A stretch of 64,000 nt of DNA from positions 6,783-70,782 of the forward strand of contig JADZCS010000246.1 in NCBI GenBank assembly GCA_020851435.1, given 5' to 3'. The stretch comes from Gammaproteobacteria bacterium. GTDB taxonomy: Bacteria; Pseudomonadota; Gammaproteobacteria; Steroidobacterales; Steroidobacteraceae. The notes below the pieces were generated by a model. It ran no database searches and was not told the DNA's origin. It saw nothing but the letters and a program-made list of their open reading frames with translations. This document shows, piece by piece, positions 38,951 through 48,107 of the stretch (its first letter is position 1; every line of letters begins with the position of its first letter). The position numbers were made by a program, and so were the translations under genes.

Positions 38951-39169
38951 ATGAGCGAGCGCGACGAAGAACACTTCGACATCGAGGAAGAATTCCTCGC
39001 TGAACCGGAGGAAGAAGATCGGGACCTCGACAAGTTTCTCGACCGCGTGGATCGCAGAGCGAAGCCTGGGATCAAGAAGGGCAAGGCTGCCTGGAGCAAG
39101 CTCGAGGACGTACTCGCCGAAAAGCGCCTCGCCCGGGAGCTCAAGGAGATCCTGGGCGACGAAGAATGA
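38951..39169 (+). CDS. Small (72 aa) highly acidic protein with a basic/helical C-terminal half
   Basis: The ORF has an acidic N-terminal half (ERDEEHFDIEEEFLAEPEEEDRD) and a C-terminal KGKAAWSKLEDVLAEKRLARELKEIL. It resembles the small PA3496-type putative envelope-integrity proteins as I recall them; this is unverified. Confidence 0.45.
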   Translation: MSERDEEHFDIEEEFLAEPEEEDRDLDKFLDRVDRRAKPGIKKGKAAWSKLEDVLAEKRLARELKEILGDEE

Positions 39170-39184
39170 CCGGCTGAGGCGCGT

Positions 39185-40528
39185 TCAGGCCGCGGGCTTG
39201 CTCGCAACCACGATGAGTCCGTGTACCGGGCGGCCCAGTTCCATCCTCAGGCTCGCCTCGGCGACGTCGACCTCAACGAATCCGGCATCGAGGATGCTCT
39301 TCACGACGTAGTCGCGGGCGTGGATGTATCGCCCGTTGCTCTGCACGTGGTAGCCGGCCGGCGTGTCTTCGGTCATGCGCTCGACCGTGAAGGCCAGCAT
39401 GCCCGCGGGCTTCAGTGCGTCTGCGGCTGCGGCCGAGAACCCCGTCAGGTCCCCGAAGTAGCACAGCGTGTCCGCGCTGACGATCAGGTCGAAGGTCGCC
39501 GGCCTTGCCGCCAGCCAAGCGGTCAGTTCGGCGCGATCGAGCTCGTCGTAGCCACCGCGCAGGGCGGCTCCGTCCAGCATGCCCTGCGACAGGTCCACGC
39601 CGACCAACCTTGACGCATAGGGGCGCAGCCATGGTCCGCAGAGGCCGGTGCCGCAGCCTGCGTCGCAAACCTGCAGCGATCCCCGGGGTTCCCCCAGTCG
39701 TTCGTTCACCGCCCTGTGCAGCAGCTTGGGGGCGACGTACTTCAGACGCGCCAGATGGGTATCGAAGGTCCCAGAGAACTTGTCGAACAGCGAAGTGATT
39801 TCGTCGTCCGTGGTTCGCACCGGCACGTTCTCGCCGGTGAGGCTGGCGAGCAGCCGCTGCGGAAACGGATGCTCGGGCTCGGCCTCGACCCAGGCCCGCG
39901 CACGGGCGAGGCCCTGCTCGCGGTCGCTGCCCCGGCACCAGGCCTCGATGCCTTCGCGCTTCAGGCGCATGTCATCGGGGTCCAGCTCCAGCGCGCGATC
40001 GTACACGGGTGCCGCGGCATCCCACTTCCCCTGCATGGCCAGCAGGAAGGCGACGCTGCGCATGACCTTCGAGCGGATCGAAGCATCCAGCGATTCGTCT
40101 TCCTCCGCGAGCTGGTAGGCCCTGGCGAAGGCGCGCGTGGCCCCTTCGGCGTTGGCGGTGCTCGCGTAGAGGTCGCCCAGGTTGACCCAGGCGCCGCAGT
40201 TGTCTGGCTGCAGGGTCGTCACGCGCTGGTACGCATCGAGGGCATCATCCGGCCGGTCCGTGAGCCGGTAGAGGTTGCCCAGCGTATTCCACGCGTCGCC
40301 GTAGTCCGGGTCGGACTTCAGCGAGCGGCGCACGGTGGCCTCGCCGTCCGAGAACTGCCGCATGTGAATCTGGGTCATGCCGAGGAAGTGCAGTACGGTC
40401 GCGTCGTCAGGGGCGACCTCCAGCAAACGCCGGAAAATGGTCTCAGCCTCGTTGAAATCTCCGTCCTGCTGGGCGACGACCGCGGCGTGCAGGGCGTCAC
40501 TGAAACTCACCATCACTGCTTCGCTCAT
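39185..40528 (-). CDS. TPR-repeat protein fused to a class I SAM-dependent methyltransferase domain
   Basis: 447 aa. N-terminal TPR-like repeats (AWNTLGNLYRLTDRPDDALDAYQRV..., AWVNLGDLY...). C-terminal motif I VCDAGCGTGLCG followed by LVGVDLS and LIVSADTLCYFGDL. Confidence 0.8.
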   Translation of the reverse strand: MSEAVMVSFSDALHAAVVAQQDGDFNEAETIFRRLLEVAPDDATVLHFLGMTQIHMRQFSDGEATVRRSLKSDPDYGDAWNTLGNLYRLTDRPDDALDAYQRVTTLQPDNCGAWVNLGDLYASTANAEGATRAFARAYQLAEEDESLDASIRSKVMRSVAFLLAMQGKWDAAAPVYDRALELDPDDMRLKREGIEAWCRGSDREQGLARARAWVEAEPEHPFPQRLLASLTGENVPVRTTDDEITSLFDKFSGTFDTHLARLKYVAPKLLHRAVNERLGEPRGSLQVCDAGCGTGLCGPWLRPYASRLVGVDLSQGMLDGAALRGGYDELDRAELTAWLAARPATFDLIVSADTLCYFGDLTGFSAAAADALKPAGMLAFTVERMTEDTPAGYHVQSNGRYIHARDYVVKSILDAGFVEVDVAEASLRMELGRPVHGLIVVASKPAA

Positions 40529-40549
40529 GGGCAGGGTTCTCGACGGTCT

Positions 40550-40683
40550 GGAGGACGAACCGGCATAGTAATGGCTCGCCCGCGAGCCCGTGAGGATTTG
40601 CCGCGGAAGTCAGGGGAGACAAGCGTCTCGTTGCGATGCAAAATGCAGCTTGGCCCGCCAGTGGCCCTGTGGCTGCCGTCTCC
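40550..40683 (+). promoter_or_regulatory. Candidate lysine riboswitch (L-box-like) in the lysAC leader
   Basis: P1-like pairing of GGAGGACG (40550-40557) with CGTCTCC (40677-40683). P2-like CGGCA (40561-40565) / TGCCG (40599-40603) enclosing ATAGTAATG...GTGAGGATT and a GGCTCG-CCCG-CGAGCC hairpin. P3-like GAGAC-AAGC-GTCTC. The 5' end GAGGACGAAC....AGTAATGGC and the 3' GGCTGCCG resemble L-box conserved segments (GAGGYGCGAAC...AGUA; GGCUGUCA) as I recall them. The SD GGGAG (40685-40689) abuts P1. Confidence 0.5.
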
Positions 40684-40698
40684 AGGGAGTGAACCGCC

Positions 40699-43266
40699 TT
40701 GCCATTCGTAGTCCTCAAGTTCGGTGGAACCAGCGTTTCCTCCGCCGCCAACTGGCGCAACATCGCGCTCGTCGTCCGGGACCGTCTCGCAGAGGGCCTG
40801 CAGCCCGTGGTCGTGCACTCGGCGCTCTCGAAGATCACCGACAGCCTCGAGGCGCTGCTCGCGCGCTCGCTGTCGGGCGGCTACGAGGAGGTCCTCGCGA
40901 CGATCGACAAGCGGCACCGGGACCTGGCGCGTGATCTCGGGATCGAGTTGCCCGCAGGTGTCGAGCGGCTGCTCGCCGAGCTCGCGCAGATTGCGGCCGG
41001 TCTCGCGCTGATCGGCGAACTCAGCGACCGCATCCGGGCACGCGTGATGTCGACCGGCGAACTCATGGCCACCGAGCTCGGGGCCGCGTTCCTGAACGCG
41101 CAGGGCATCGCCACCACGCTCGTCGACGCGCGCAGCGTGCTGGTGGCCGAGGAGCGCAAGGGCGCGACCGAGAAGGCCAGCATCCTGTCGGCGACCTGCA
41201 CCTTCGATCCCGATCCGGCGCTGCAGCAGCGCTTCGCCGCCATGGGCACGGTGGTGCTGAGCCAGGGCTTCATCGCCAGCGACGCGGCAGGGCGGGTAGT
41301 GCTGCTGGGACGTGGTGGTTCAGATACCTCGGGAGCGTATTTCGCCGCCAAGCTCGCCGCCCAGCGCCTGGAAATCTGGACCGACGTGCCTGGCATGTTC
41401 AGCGCCAACCCGCGCGACGTGCCCACGGCGCGGCTGCTGAAGTCGCTGCACTACGACGAGGCCCAGGAAATCGCCTCCAACGGCGCCAAGGTGCTGCACC
41501 CGCGCTGCATCCTGCCCGTGCGCCAGCACGGCATTCCGCTGTCCGTGCACGCCACGCAGACCCCGAAACTCGAGGGCACGGTCATCAGCGGCCATCCGGC
41601 CGACGCCGGCGCGCGCGTCAAGGCGATCGCGATCAAGAAGGGCATCACGCTGGTGTCCATGGAAAGCCCCGGCATGTGGCACGAGGTGGGCTTCCTGTCG
41701 GACGCGTTCGCGGTGTTCAAGGCGCACGGCCTTTCGGTCGACCTGGTGTCCACCTCGGAGACCAACGTGACGGTGTCCCTGGACCCGCAGGCCAACACCC
41801 TCGACAAGGCCTCTGTCGGGTCCTTGATCGCCGACCTCACGCAGCTGTGCCGCGTCGAGGTCATCGGACCCTGCGCGTCCCTGTCGCTGGTGGGCCGCAA
41901 CATCCGGGCGATCATCCATCAGCTGGGCGACGCCTTCGGCCTGTTCGAGGAGCAGAAGATCTACCTGGTCAGCCAGGCCGCCAACGACCTCAACTTCACG
42001 TTCGTCATCGACGAGGACCAGGGCGATCGGCTGGTCTCGCAGCTGCACGACCTGCTGATCCGCGCGACGATCGACGACCCCGTGATGGGCCCGACCTGGG
42101 AGCAGTTGTATGCGCCCCAGCGCCTGGCCTCCGAGAAGCACCAGTGGTGGCACCGTCGCCGCGAGGCGCTGCTGGCGGCGCTGGGCGACCGCGACGCCGC
42201 CTATGTGTACGACGGCGCCACGATCGAGGCGAGTGCCGGCGCGCTGAAGGGCCTGCAGTCGCTGTCGCGCGTGTTCTACGCGCTCAAGGCCAACGCGAAC
42301 GACGACGTGCTGCGCAGGATCGAGGCGCAGGGCCTGTCGTTCGAGTGCGTGTCACCGGGTGAGGTCGAGAGGGTCCGCAGGCTGTTCCCTGCGCTCGATC
42401 CCGATCGCCTGCTGTTCACGCCCAACTTCGCACCGAGACATGAGTACGCCTGGGCCCTGGAGCAGGGCGTGCGCCTGACGGTCGACAACCTCTACGTGAT
42501 GCGCGAGTGGCCGGAGCTGTTCCGCGGCCGCGAGGTCTTCGTGCGGATGGACACCGGTCGCGCGCATGGGCATCACCAGCACGTGCGCACCGCGGGCGTG
42601 CACTCCAAGTTCGGCGTGCCGCTGTTCGAGGTCGACGAGCTTCGCCGCGCGGTCGAGGCCGCGGGGGCGACGGTGGTCGGGCTGCACGCGCACATGGGCA
42701 GCGGCAATTTCCAGGTCTCCAGCTGGGCCGAAACGGCGGCGGCCCTGGCCGGCGTGGCCCAGTCCTTCCCGAGGGTGCGGATCCTCGACCTCGGCGGCGG
42801 CCTGGGCGTGCCGGAGCGGCTCGACCAGCCGCCGGTGGACCTCGCGGCGCTCGACGCGGCGCTGGCGGCCTTCAAGACGGCCCATCCGCAGTTCCAGCTC
42901 TGGATGGAGCCCGGGCGCTATCTCGTGGCGTCGGCGGGCGTGCTGCTGGCACGCGTGACACAGCTGAAGGGCAAGGGTGCGGTTCGCTACGCGGGTGTGG
43001 CCACCGGCATGAACTCGCTGATCCGTCCGGCGCTCTACGGCGCCTATCACGAGATCGTGAATCTCACGAGCATCGACCAGCCGCCCGCGGAAGTGGTGAA
43101 CGTGGTCGGCCCCATCTGTGAAACCGGCGACCAGCTCGGCCACGAGCGCCTGCTGCCGGTCACGCGTGAGGGCGACGTGCTGCTCATCGCCAATGCCGGC
43201 GCCTACGGTTACGCGATGAGCTCGAACTACAACCTGCGGGCCCCGGCCGGGGAAGTCATGATTTGA
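40699..43266 (+). CDS. lysA: Bifunctional aspartate kinase / diaminopimelate decarboxylase (LysAC fusion)
   Basis: TTG start with GGGAG upstream. The N-terminal half has aspartokinase motifs (VVLKFGGTSV, GRGGSDTS, ACT-like region). The C-terminal half is a PLP Orn/DAP/Arg decarboxylase (YALKANAN, GGGLGV, EPGRYLVA, PICETGD). Confidence 0.9.
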   Translation: MPFVVLKFGGTSVSSAANWRNIALVVRDRLAEGLQPVVVHSALSKITDSLEALLARSLSGGYEEVLATIDKRHRDLARDLGIELPAGVERLLAELAQIAAGLALIGELSDRIRARVMSTGELMATELGAAFLNAQGIATTLVDARSVLVAEERKGATEKASILSATCTFDPDPALQQRFAAMGTVVLSQGFIASDAAGRVVLLGRGGSDTSGAYFAAKLAAQRLEIWTDVPGMFSANPRDVPTARLLKSLHYDEAQEIASNGAKVLHPRCILPVRQHGIPLSVHATQTPKLEGTVISGHPADAGARVKAIAIKKGITLVSMESPGMWHEVGFLSDAFAVFKAHGLSVDLVSTSETNVTVSLDPQANTLDKASVGSLIADLTQLCRVEVIGPCASLSLVGRNIRAIIHQLGDAFGLFEEQKIYLVSQAANDLNFTFVIDEDQGDRLVSQLHDLLIRATIDDPVMGPTWEQLYAPQRLASEKHQWWHRRREALLAALGDRDAAYVYDGATIEASAGALKGLQSLSRVFYALKANANDDVLRRIEAQGLSFECVSPGEVERVRRLFPALDPDRLLFTPNFAPRHEYAWALEQGVRLTVDNLYVMREWPELFRGREVFVRMDTGRAHGHHQHVRTAGVHSKFGVPLFEVDELRRAVEAAGATVVGLHAHMGSGNFQVSSWAETAAALAGVAQSFPRVRILDLGGGLGVPERLDQPPVDLAALDAALAAFKTAHPQFQLWMEPGRYLVASAGVLLARVTQLKGKGAVRYAGVATGMNSLIRPALYGAYHEIVNLTSIDQPPAEVVNVVGPICETGDQLGHERLLPVTREGDVLLIANAGAYGYAMSSNYNLRAPAGEVMI

Positions 43267-43894
43267 GCGATCGGCCGGCGTGGCGCGCTTCGAGTTCGTT
43301 CACGACGTCGGCCAGGGCGATGCCGCGGTCCTTGAGCAGCAGCATGAGGTGGAACAGCAGGTCGGCTGACTCGCTGACGACCTTGTCGCGCTCGGACGTG
43401 ACGGCCGCCAGCGCGACTTCGACGCCTTCCTCGCCGACTTTCTGCGCCAGCCGCCCGGTGCCCTGGGCGAACAGGCGTGCCGTGTAGCTGCCGTCCGGGC
43501 GCTCGGCGACGCGGCTGGCGATCACGCGTTCGAGAGTGCCCAGGAAGGCCAGCGGCAGCGCCGGCGGCGGATGTTGCTCGTTGAAGCAGGTCGGCTCGCC
43601 CGTGTGGCAGGTCGGGCCGCGCGGGTGCGCCTTGACGAGCAGGGTATCGAGGTCGCAGTCGGCGACCGCCTCGACCAGTTCGAGGTAATGGCCCGAGGTC
43701 TCGCCCTTCACCCAGAGGCGCTGCTTGCTGCGGCTGAAGAAGGTCACATTCCGCGTCGACAGCGTCGCGCGCAGCGCTTCCTCGTCCATGTAGCCCAGCA
43801 TCAGCACCTGGCCGGTGTCGGCATGCTGCACGACGGCCGGCAGCAGGCCTTCGCCCTTGGCCCAGTCGAGGTTGGCGACGTCGGAAAGATTCAT
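43256..43894 (-). CDS. hisI: Bifunctional phosphoribosyl-AMP cyclohydrolase / phosphoribosyl-ATP pyrophosphatase HisIE
   Basis: ATG at 43894-43892 ([14 protein letters not shown]...), in an ATGA overlap with the hisF stop. WVKGETSGH and CHTGEPTCF motifs. The C-terminal PRA-PH part is [11 protein letters not shown]...[11 protein letters not shown]. The longer ORF-track start is upstream shadow. Confidence 0.9.
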   Translation of the reverse strand: MNLSDVANLDWAKGEGLLPAVVQHADTGQVLMLGYMDEEALRATLSTRNVTFFSRSKQRLWVKGETSGHYLELVEAVADCDLDTLLVKAHPRGPTCHTGEPTCFNEQHPPPALPLAFLGTLERVIASRVAERPDGSYTARLFAQGTGRLAQKVGEEGVEVALAAVTSERDKVVSESADLLFHLMLLLKDRGIALADVVNELEARHAGRSLKS

Positions 43895-44658
43895 GGGCGC
43901 ACCTCGATGTGGTTTTCCGCCAGGAATGCCTTGAGGTCCGGGATGGCGATGGCGCTGCTGTGGAACACGCTGGCGGCCAGCGCTCCGTCGACATGCGCCA
44001 CGCGGAATACCTCGGCGAAATGCGCCAGGGTGCCCGCGCCGCCCGAAGCGATCAGCGGTACCCTGCAGGCCGCGCGCACGGCCGCAAGCTGCTCGAGATC
44101 GTAACCCTGGCGTACGCCGTCCACGTTCATGCAGTTGAGCACGATTTCCCCGGCGCCGCGTTCCTGCGTCTCGCGAACCCAGTCGAGCGTGCGCCGGGCG
44201 GTGTGGCGCGAACGGTCCGGGTCGCCGGTGTACTGGTGAACCTGCCATTCGTCGCCGACTTTCTGGCTGTCGATGCCGACCACCACGCACTGCGCGCCGA
44301 AGCGACGCGCCAGCTCGTCGATCAGCCCGGGGTTTTCCAGCGCCGGCGAGTTGACGGAGACCTTCTCGGCCCCTGCGCCCAGTACTTCCTCGGCCTCGTG
44401 CACGCTGCGGATGCCGCCGGCGACGCAGAACGGGATGTCGAGCACGCGCGCGATGCGGTGGATCCAGCTGCGATCCACCGAGCGGCCCTGCGGGCTCGCG
44501 GTGATGTCGTAGAAAACCAGCTCGTCCGCGCCTTCGTCACGGTAACGCGCCGCGAGGTCGAGGATGTCGCCGACGACGCGGTGGTCGCGGAATCGCACGC
44601 CCTTGACGACCTGGCCGTCGCGGACGTCGAGGCAGGGGATTATGCGGCGGGCAAGAAT
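43891..44658 (-). CDS. hisF: Imidazole glycerol phosphate synthase cyclase subunit HisF
   Basis: Sequence (I)[22 protein letters not shown]... . The start is uncertain. There is no in-frame ATG, GTG or TTG at the expected position. ATT at 44658-44656 aligns with the usual Met and has GGAG 8 nt upstream. Confidence 0.85.
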   Translation of the reverse strand: MLARRIIPCLDVRDGQVVKGVRFRDHRVVGDILDLAARYRDEGADELVFYDITASPQGRSVDRSWIHRIARVLDIPFCVAGGIRSVHEAEEVLGAGAEKVSVNSPALENPGLIDELARRFGAQCVVVGIDSQKVGDEWQVHQYTGDPDRSRHTARRTLDWVRETQERGAGEIVLNCMNVDGVRQGYDLEQLAAVRAACRVPLIASGGAGTLAHFAEVFRVAHVDGALAASVFHSSAIAIPDLKAFLAENHIEVRP

Positions 44659-45386
44659 GGGACTAGCTCCTCTGGCTGGATGCGGCCCTCGATCAGGGCC
44701 TTGCCGCTGACTGCGGCAGCCACTCCGACGCGGTCGAGCGCGTGCAGGTCCTGGGCGTCGCGGACGCCGCCGGACGCCTGCCAGGCGATGCCGGGAAAGC
44801 GCGCGACTGCCTCGCGATAGAGATCCAGGTTGGGTCCGGCGAGCGCGCCATCGCGGGCCACGTCGGTGCACAGCACGTGCGTGAGCCCCGACGGGACGAA
44901 GCCGGCGACGGCATCCCACAGTGACAGGCCCGAGCTCTCGGTCCAGCCGTGGGTGGTCACCTGCGGCTCGCCGTGCGCGTCGATGCGCACGTCGAGCGCG
45001 AGGACCAGGCGGTCACTGCCCAGGCTGCCGAACCAGTCGCGCACTGCGCCCGGGTCGGTGACGGCCACGCTGCCGATGACGGCGCGTTCCACGCCAGCGG
45101 CGAGCAGCGCCTCGACCGCCACGAGTGAGCGCAGCCCGCCGCCGCACTGCACGCGCAGGCTGCCGAAGCCGGCGAGCTGGCGCACGATGGCGCGATTCTC
45201 GGCTGCGCCGTCGCGCGCGCCGTCGAGGTCGACGACGTGCAGGCGCCTGGCGCCGGCTTCGACGTAACGGCCGTAGAGCTCGGCGGGAGTCACTTCGTAG
45301 CGGGTCTCGGCGCTGAAGTCGCCCTGGAACAGGCGAACCACGCGCCCACCCTTGAGATCGATCGCCGGGATCAGTTCCATGCTCAT
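44640..45386 (-). CDS. hisA: ProFAR isomerase HisA
   Basis: M(SM)[21 protein letters not shown]... . ATG 45386-45384 overlaps the hisH stop (ATGA); the ATG at 45380 is an alternative. Confidence 0.9.
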   Translation of the reverse strand: MSMELIPAIDLKGGRVVRLFQGDFSAETRYEVTPAELYGRYVEAGARRLHVVDLDGARDGAAENRAIVRQLAGFGSLRVQCGGGLRSLVAVEALLAAGVERAVIGSVAVTDPGAVRDWFGSLGSDRLVLALDVRIDAHGEPQVTTHGWTESSGLSLWDAVAGFVPSGLTHVLCTDVARDGALAGPNLDLYREAVARFPGIAWQASGGVRDAQDLHALDRVGVAAAVSGKALIEGRIQPEELVPFLPAA

Positions 45387-45976
45387 GTCTCGAGGAAGTT
45401 GGCGAGCAGCCGCGCGCCGGTGGCGGCGGAACGCTCGGGGTGGAACTGGGCCGCGTGGAAGTTGCCGCGGCTGACCACCGCTGAGAATTCGCCGCCGTAC
45501 TCGGTCACGGCGATGGTCTCGGGCTGAACCGGCATGCGGTAACTGTGCACGAAGTAGGCGTAGGCGCCGTCGGCGATGCCCTCGAGCAGCGGCGAGGCGC
45601 CGCGTGGACGCAACTGGTTCCAGCCCATGTGCGGGATGGTCAGGCCGGGCATGTCCTGGAATCGGCTCACCCGCCCTTCGAAGATGCCAAGGCACCTGGC
45701 CGGGCCTTCCTCGCTCGATTCGTAGAGCAGCTGCATGCCGAGGCAGATGCCGAGGACCGGCTGGGTCAGCGTCGGGATGAGGTCGACGAGGCCCGCGGCT
45801 GCAAGGCGTGACATGGCATCCGCCGCCGCGCCGACGCCGGGCAGGATCACGTGACTGGCGCGCCGGATGCGTGATGCGTCGGCGCTGAGGGTCGGCGTGC
45901 AGCCGAGCCGTTCCAGCGCAAAGGCGAGCGATGCGATGTTCGCGCCGCCGCTTGCGATGATCACGACGTCGTTCAC
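45383..45976 (-). CDS. hisH: Imidazole glycerol phosphate synthase glutaminase subunit HisH
   Basis: 197 aa. GTG start overlaps the hisB stop (GTGA). GATase-1 motifs [11 protein letters not shown] and [10 protein letters not shown]. Confidence 0.92.
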   Translation of the reverse strand: MNDVVIIASGGANIASLAFALERLGCTPTLSADASRIRRASHVILPGVGAAADAMSRLAAAGLVDLIPTLTQPVLGICLGMQLLYESSEEGPARCLGIFEGRVSRFQDMPGLTIPHMGWNQLRPRGASPLLEGIADGAYAYFVHSYRMPVQPETIAVTEYGGEFSAVVSRGNFHAAQFHPERSAATGARLLANFLET

Positions 45977-47049
45977 AGCACACCCTTGCTGCTGGGCAGT
46001 TCCGTGCCTTCGCGCCGGAAGGCCTGGCGCAGCGCGCGGCCGACGCCCTTGAAGCAGGCCTCGATCATGTGGTGGGAATTCTCGCCACGGACGCTGACGT
46101 GAATGGCGGCGCCCAGCGAATCCGCCAGCGAGCGGAAGAAGTGCGGCACGAGCTCGGTCGGCAGTTCGCCCACGCGCTCGCGGCCGAAGCTTCCCTCCCA
46201 GACGAAATAGGCGCGCCCGGACAGGTCGATCGCAACCTGGGCCAGGGACTCGTCCATTGCCAGCAGGAAGCCGTAACGGCCGATGCCGCGCTTGTCGCCG
46301 AGCGCCTGGCGCAGCGCCTGGCCCAGCGCGAGCGCGCAGTCCTCGACGGTGTGGTGTTCGTCGACCTCCAGGTCGCCGTCGCAGGACAGGCGCAGCGAGA
46401 ATCCGCCGTGGCGCGCAATCTGCTCCAGCATGTGGTCGAAGAAGGCGAGGCCGGTGGAAATGGAGACGGGCAGCTCGTTGTCGAGGTTTACCTCGACCTC
46501 TATCTGGGTTTCCCTGGTCCGCCGCTCGACGCGTGCACGCCGCGCCGACACCGGCAGCAGGCGGCGCACGACTGCGTCCCAGGTCTGGTCCGGACTTCCG
46601 TCCACCAGCACCCGCAGGCCCGGAACACCGAGGTTGGCAGCGAGCTGGAGGTCGGTTTCGCGGTCACCGATCACGCAGCTGCGGGCAGGGTCGATGGGAT
46701 TGGAGGAAACCCACTCATCGACGAGGCGGGTGGCGGGCTTTCGGCAGTCGCAGCCGTCCGCCGGCAGGTGCGGGCAGACCAGCACCGCGTCGAAACCGAT
46801 GCCCTGGGATTCGAAGACCTGCAGCATCAGTTCCTGCGGCGCCCGAAAATCCGGCTCGGGGAAGCTGGCGGTGCCGAGGCCATCCTGGTTCGTGACCATC
46901 ACGAACCGATAGCCCGCGTCGCGAAGCGCGATCAGGGCAGGGATGACTCCCGGCATGAAGCGCAGCTTGTCGAGCCGGTCGACCTGCTTGTCGGCGGGTT
47001 CCTCGATGAGGGTTCCGTCACGATCGATGAAGAGCACCGCGGCACTCAT
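45973..47049 (-). CDS. hisB: Bifunctional histidinol-phosphatase / imidazoleglycerol-phosphate dehydratase HisB
   Basis: 358 aa. N-terminal HAD phosphatase ([15 protein letters not shown]) plus a C-terminal IGPD domain ([12 protein letters not shown]..., [10 protein letters not shown]). Confidence 0.92.
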   Translation of the reverse strand: MSAAVLFIDRDGTLIEEPADKQVDRLDKLRFMPGVIPALIALRDAGYRFVMVTNQDGLGTASFPEPDFRAPQELMLQVFESQGIGFDAVLVCPHLPADGCDCRKPATRLVDEWVSSNPIDPARSCVIGDRETDLQLAANLGVPGLRVLVDGSPDQTWDAVVRRLLPVSARRARVERRTRETQIEVEVNLDNELPVSISTGLAFFDHMLEQIARHGGFSLRLSCDGDLEVDEHHTVEDCALALGQALRQALGDKRGIGRYGFLLAMDESLAQVAIDLSGRAYFVWEGSFGRERVGELPTELVPHFFRSLADSLGAAIHVSVRGENSHHMIEACFKGVGRALRQAFRREGTELPSSKGVL

Positions 47050-48107
47050 GCAGACTCCCAGGCGGCCAGCAGCCGCTCGTTCTGTTCAGGCGTGCCGATG
47101 CTGACGCGCAGGCAGTCGCCCAGGCCGGGCTGGCTGCGCACATCGCGGACCAGCAGCCCGGCTGCAACGCCTGCGGCGAGCAGGCGACCCGCGTCGCGGC
47201 AGCGGACCAGCAGGAAGTTGGCGTCGCTGGGCAGGACACCGACGACCAGCGGCAGCGCGCCCATGCGCTGGCGCAGGCGCTCGCGCTCCGCGATCAGCAC
47301 TCCCACGCGCTCGCAGGCGCGCTGGAGTTCCACCGGCGTCGTGGCGGCCAGCGCGGCCTCGATGCTCGCGACCGGCAAGGCGTACGGGGGAATCATGCGT
47401 CGCAGCAGGCCGATGATCTCGGCGCTGGCGAGCACCGTGCCGATGCGCGCTCCAGCGAGTGCGTAGGCCTTCGACAGCGTGCGCAGCACGGCCAGGTTCG
47501 GGAATTCTGCGAGACGCCGTGCCAAGCTCGCGGCGGGCGTGAATTCGGCATAGGCCTCGTCGACGACCACCAGCGAACGGCCCGACAGTTCGAGGAGCAG
47601 CCGCTCGATAGCTGACGGGTCGACGGCGTTGCCGGTCGGGTTGTTCGGCGTGCACACGAACACCAGCTTGACGCCCGGGTGCCAGGCGGCCAGAGCCGCG
47701 TCCACGTCCAGCGAATACCCATCGTCCGCGCGCAGCGGCACCTCGACGACTCCGGCGCCCTGGATGCGCGCGGCGACCTTGTACATGCCGAAGGTCGGCG
47801 GAAAGGTCAGCACGCTGTCCAGGCCGGCACGGCAGAAGCCGCGCACGAGCAGGTCGATGCCCTCGTCGCTGCCGCGGCCGACGAGTACCTGTGCGGGTGT
47901 TACGCCGTACAGGCCCGCGAGGCGCTCGACGAGTTCGTGCGGCTGCGGCTCGGGGTAACGGTTCAGCCCCCCGGTCGTCGCGTCGCCGGCGACGCGCCAG
48001 GGGTTTTCGTTCGCGTGCAGGCGCTCCAGCGAGGGATCCCAGTGCGCGTGCGAATAGGGCTCCAGCGCGGCGATCTCCGGGCGTGCGAGCGGCAGCACGC
48101 TGGTCAT
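47046..48107 (-). CDS. hisC: Histidinol-phosphate aminotransferase HisC
   Basis: ATG 48107-48105 overlaps the hisD stop. [18 protein letters not shown]..., NENP, and [14 protein letters not shown] (PLP lysine). Confidence 0.9.
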   Translation of the reverse strand: MTSVLPLARPEIAALEPYSHAHWDPSLERLHANENPWRVAGDATTGGLNRYPEPQPHELVERLAGLYGVTPAQVLVGRGSDEGIDLLVRGFCRAGLDSVLTFPPTFGMYKVAARIQGAGVVEVPLRADDGYSLDVDAALAAWHPGVKLVFVCTPNNPTGNAVDPSAIERLLLELSGRSLVVVDEAYAEFTPAASLARRLAEFPNLAVLRTLSKAYALAGARIGTVLASAEIIGLLRRMIPPYALPVASIEAALAATTPVELQRACERVGVLIAERERLRQRMGALPLVVGVLPSDANFLLVRCRDAGRLLAAGVAAGLLVRDVRSQPGLGDCLRVSIGTPEQNERLLAAWESA

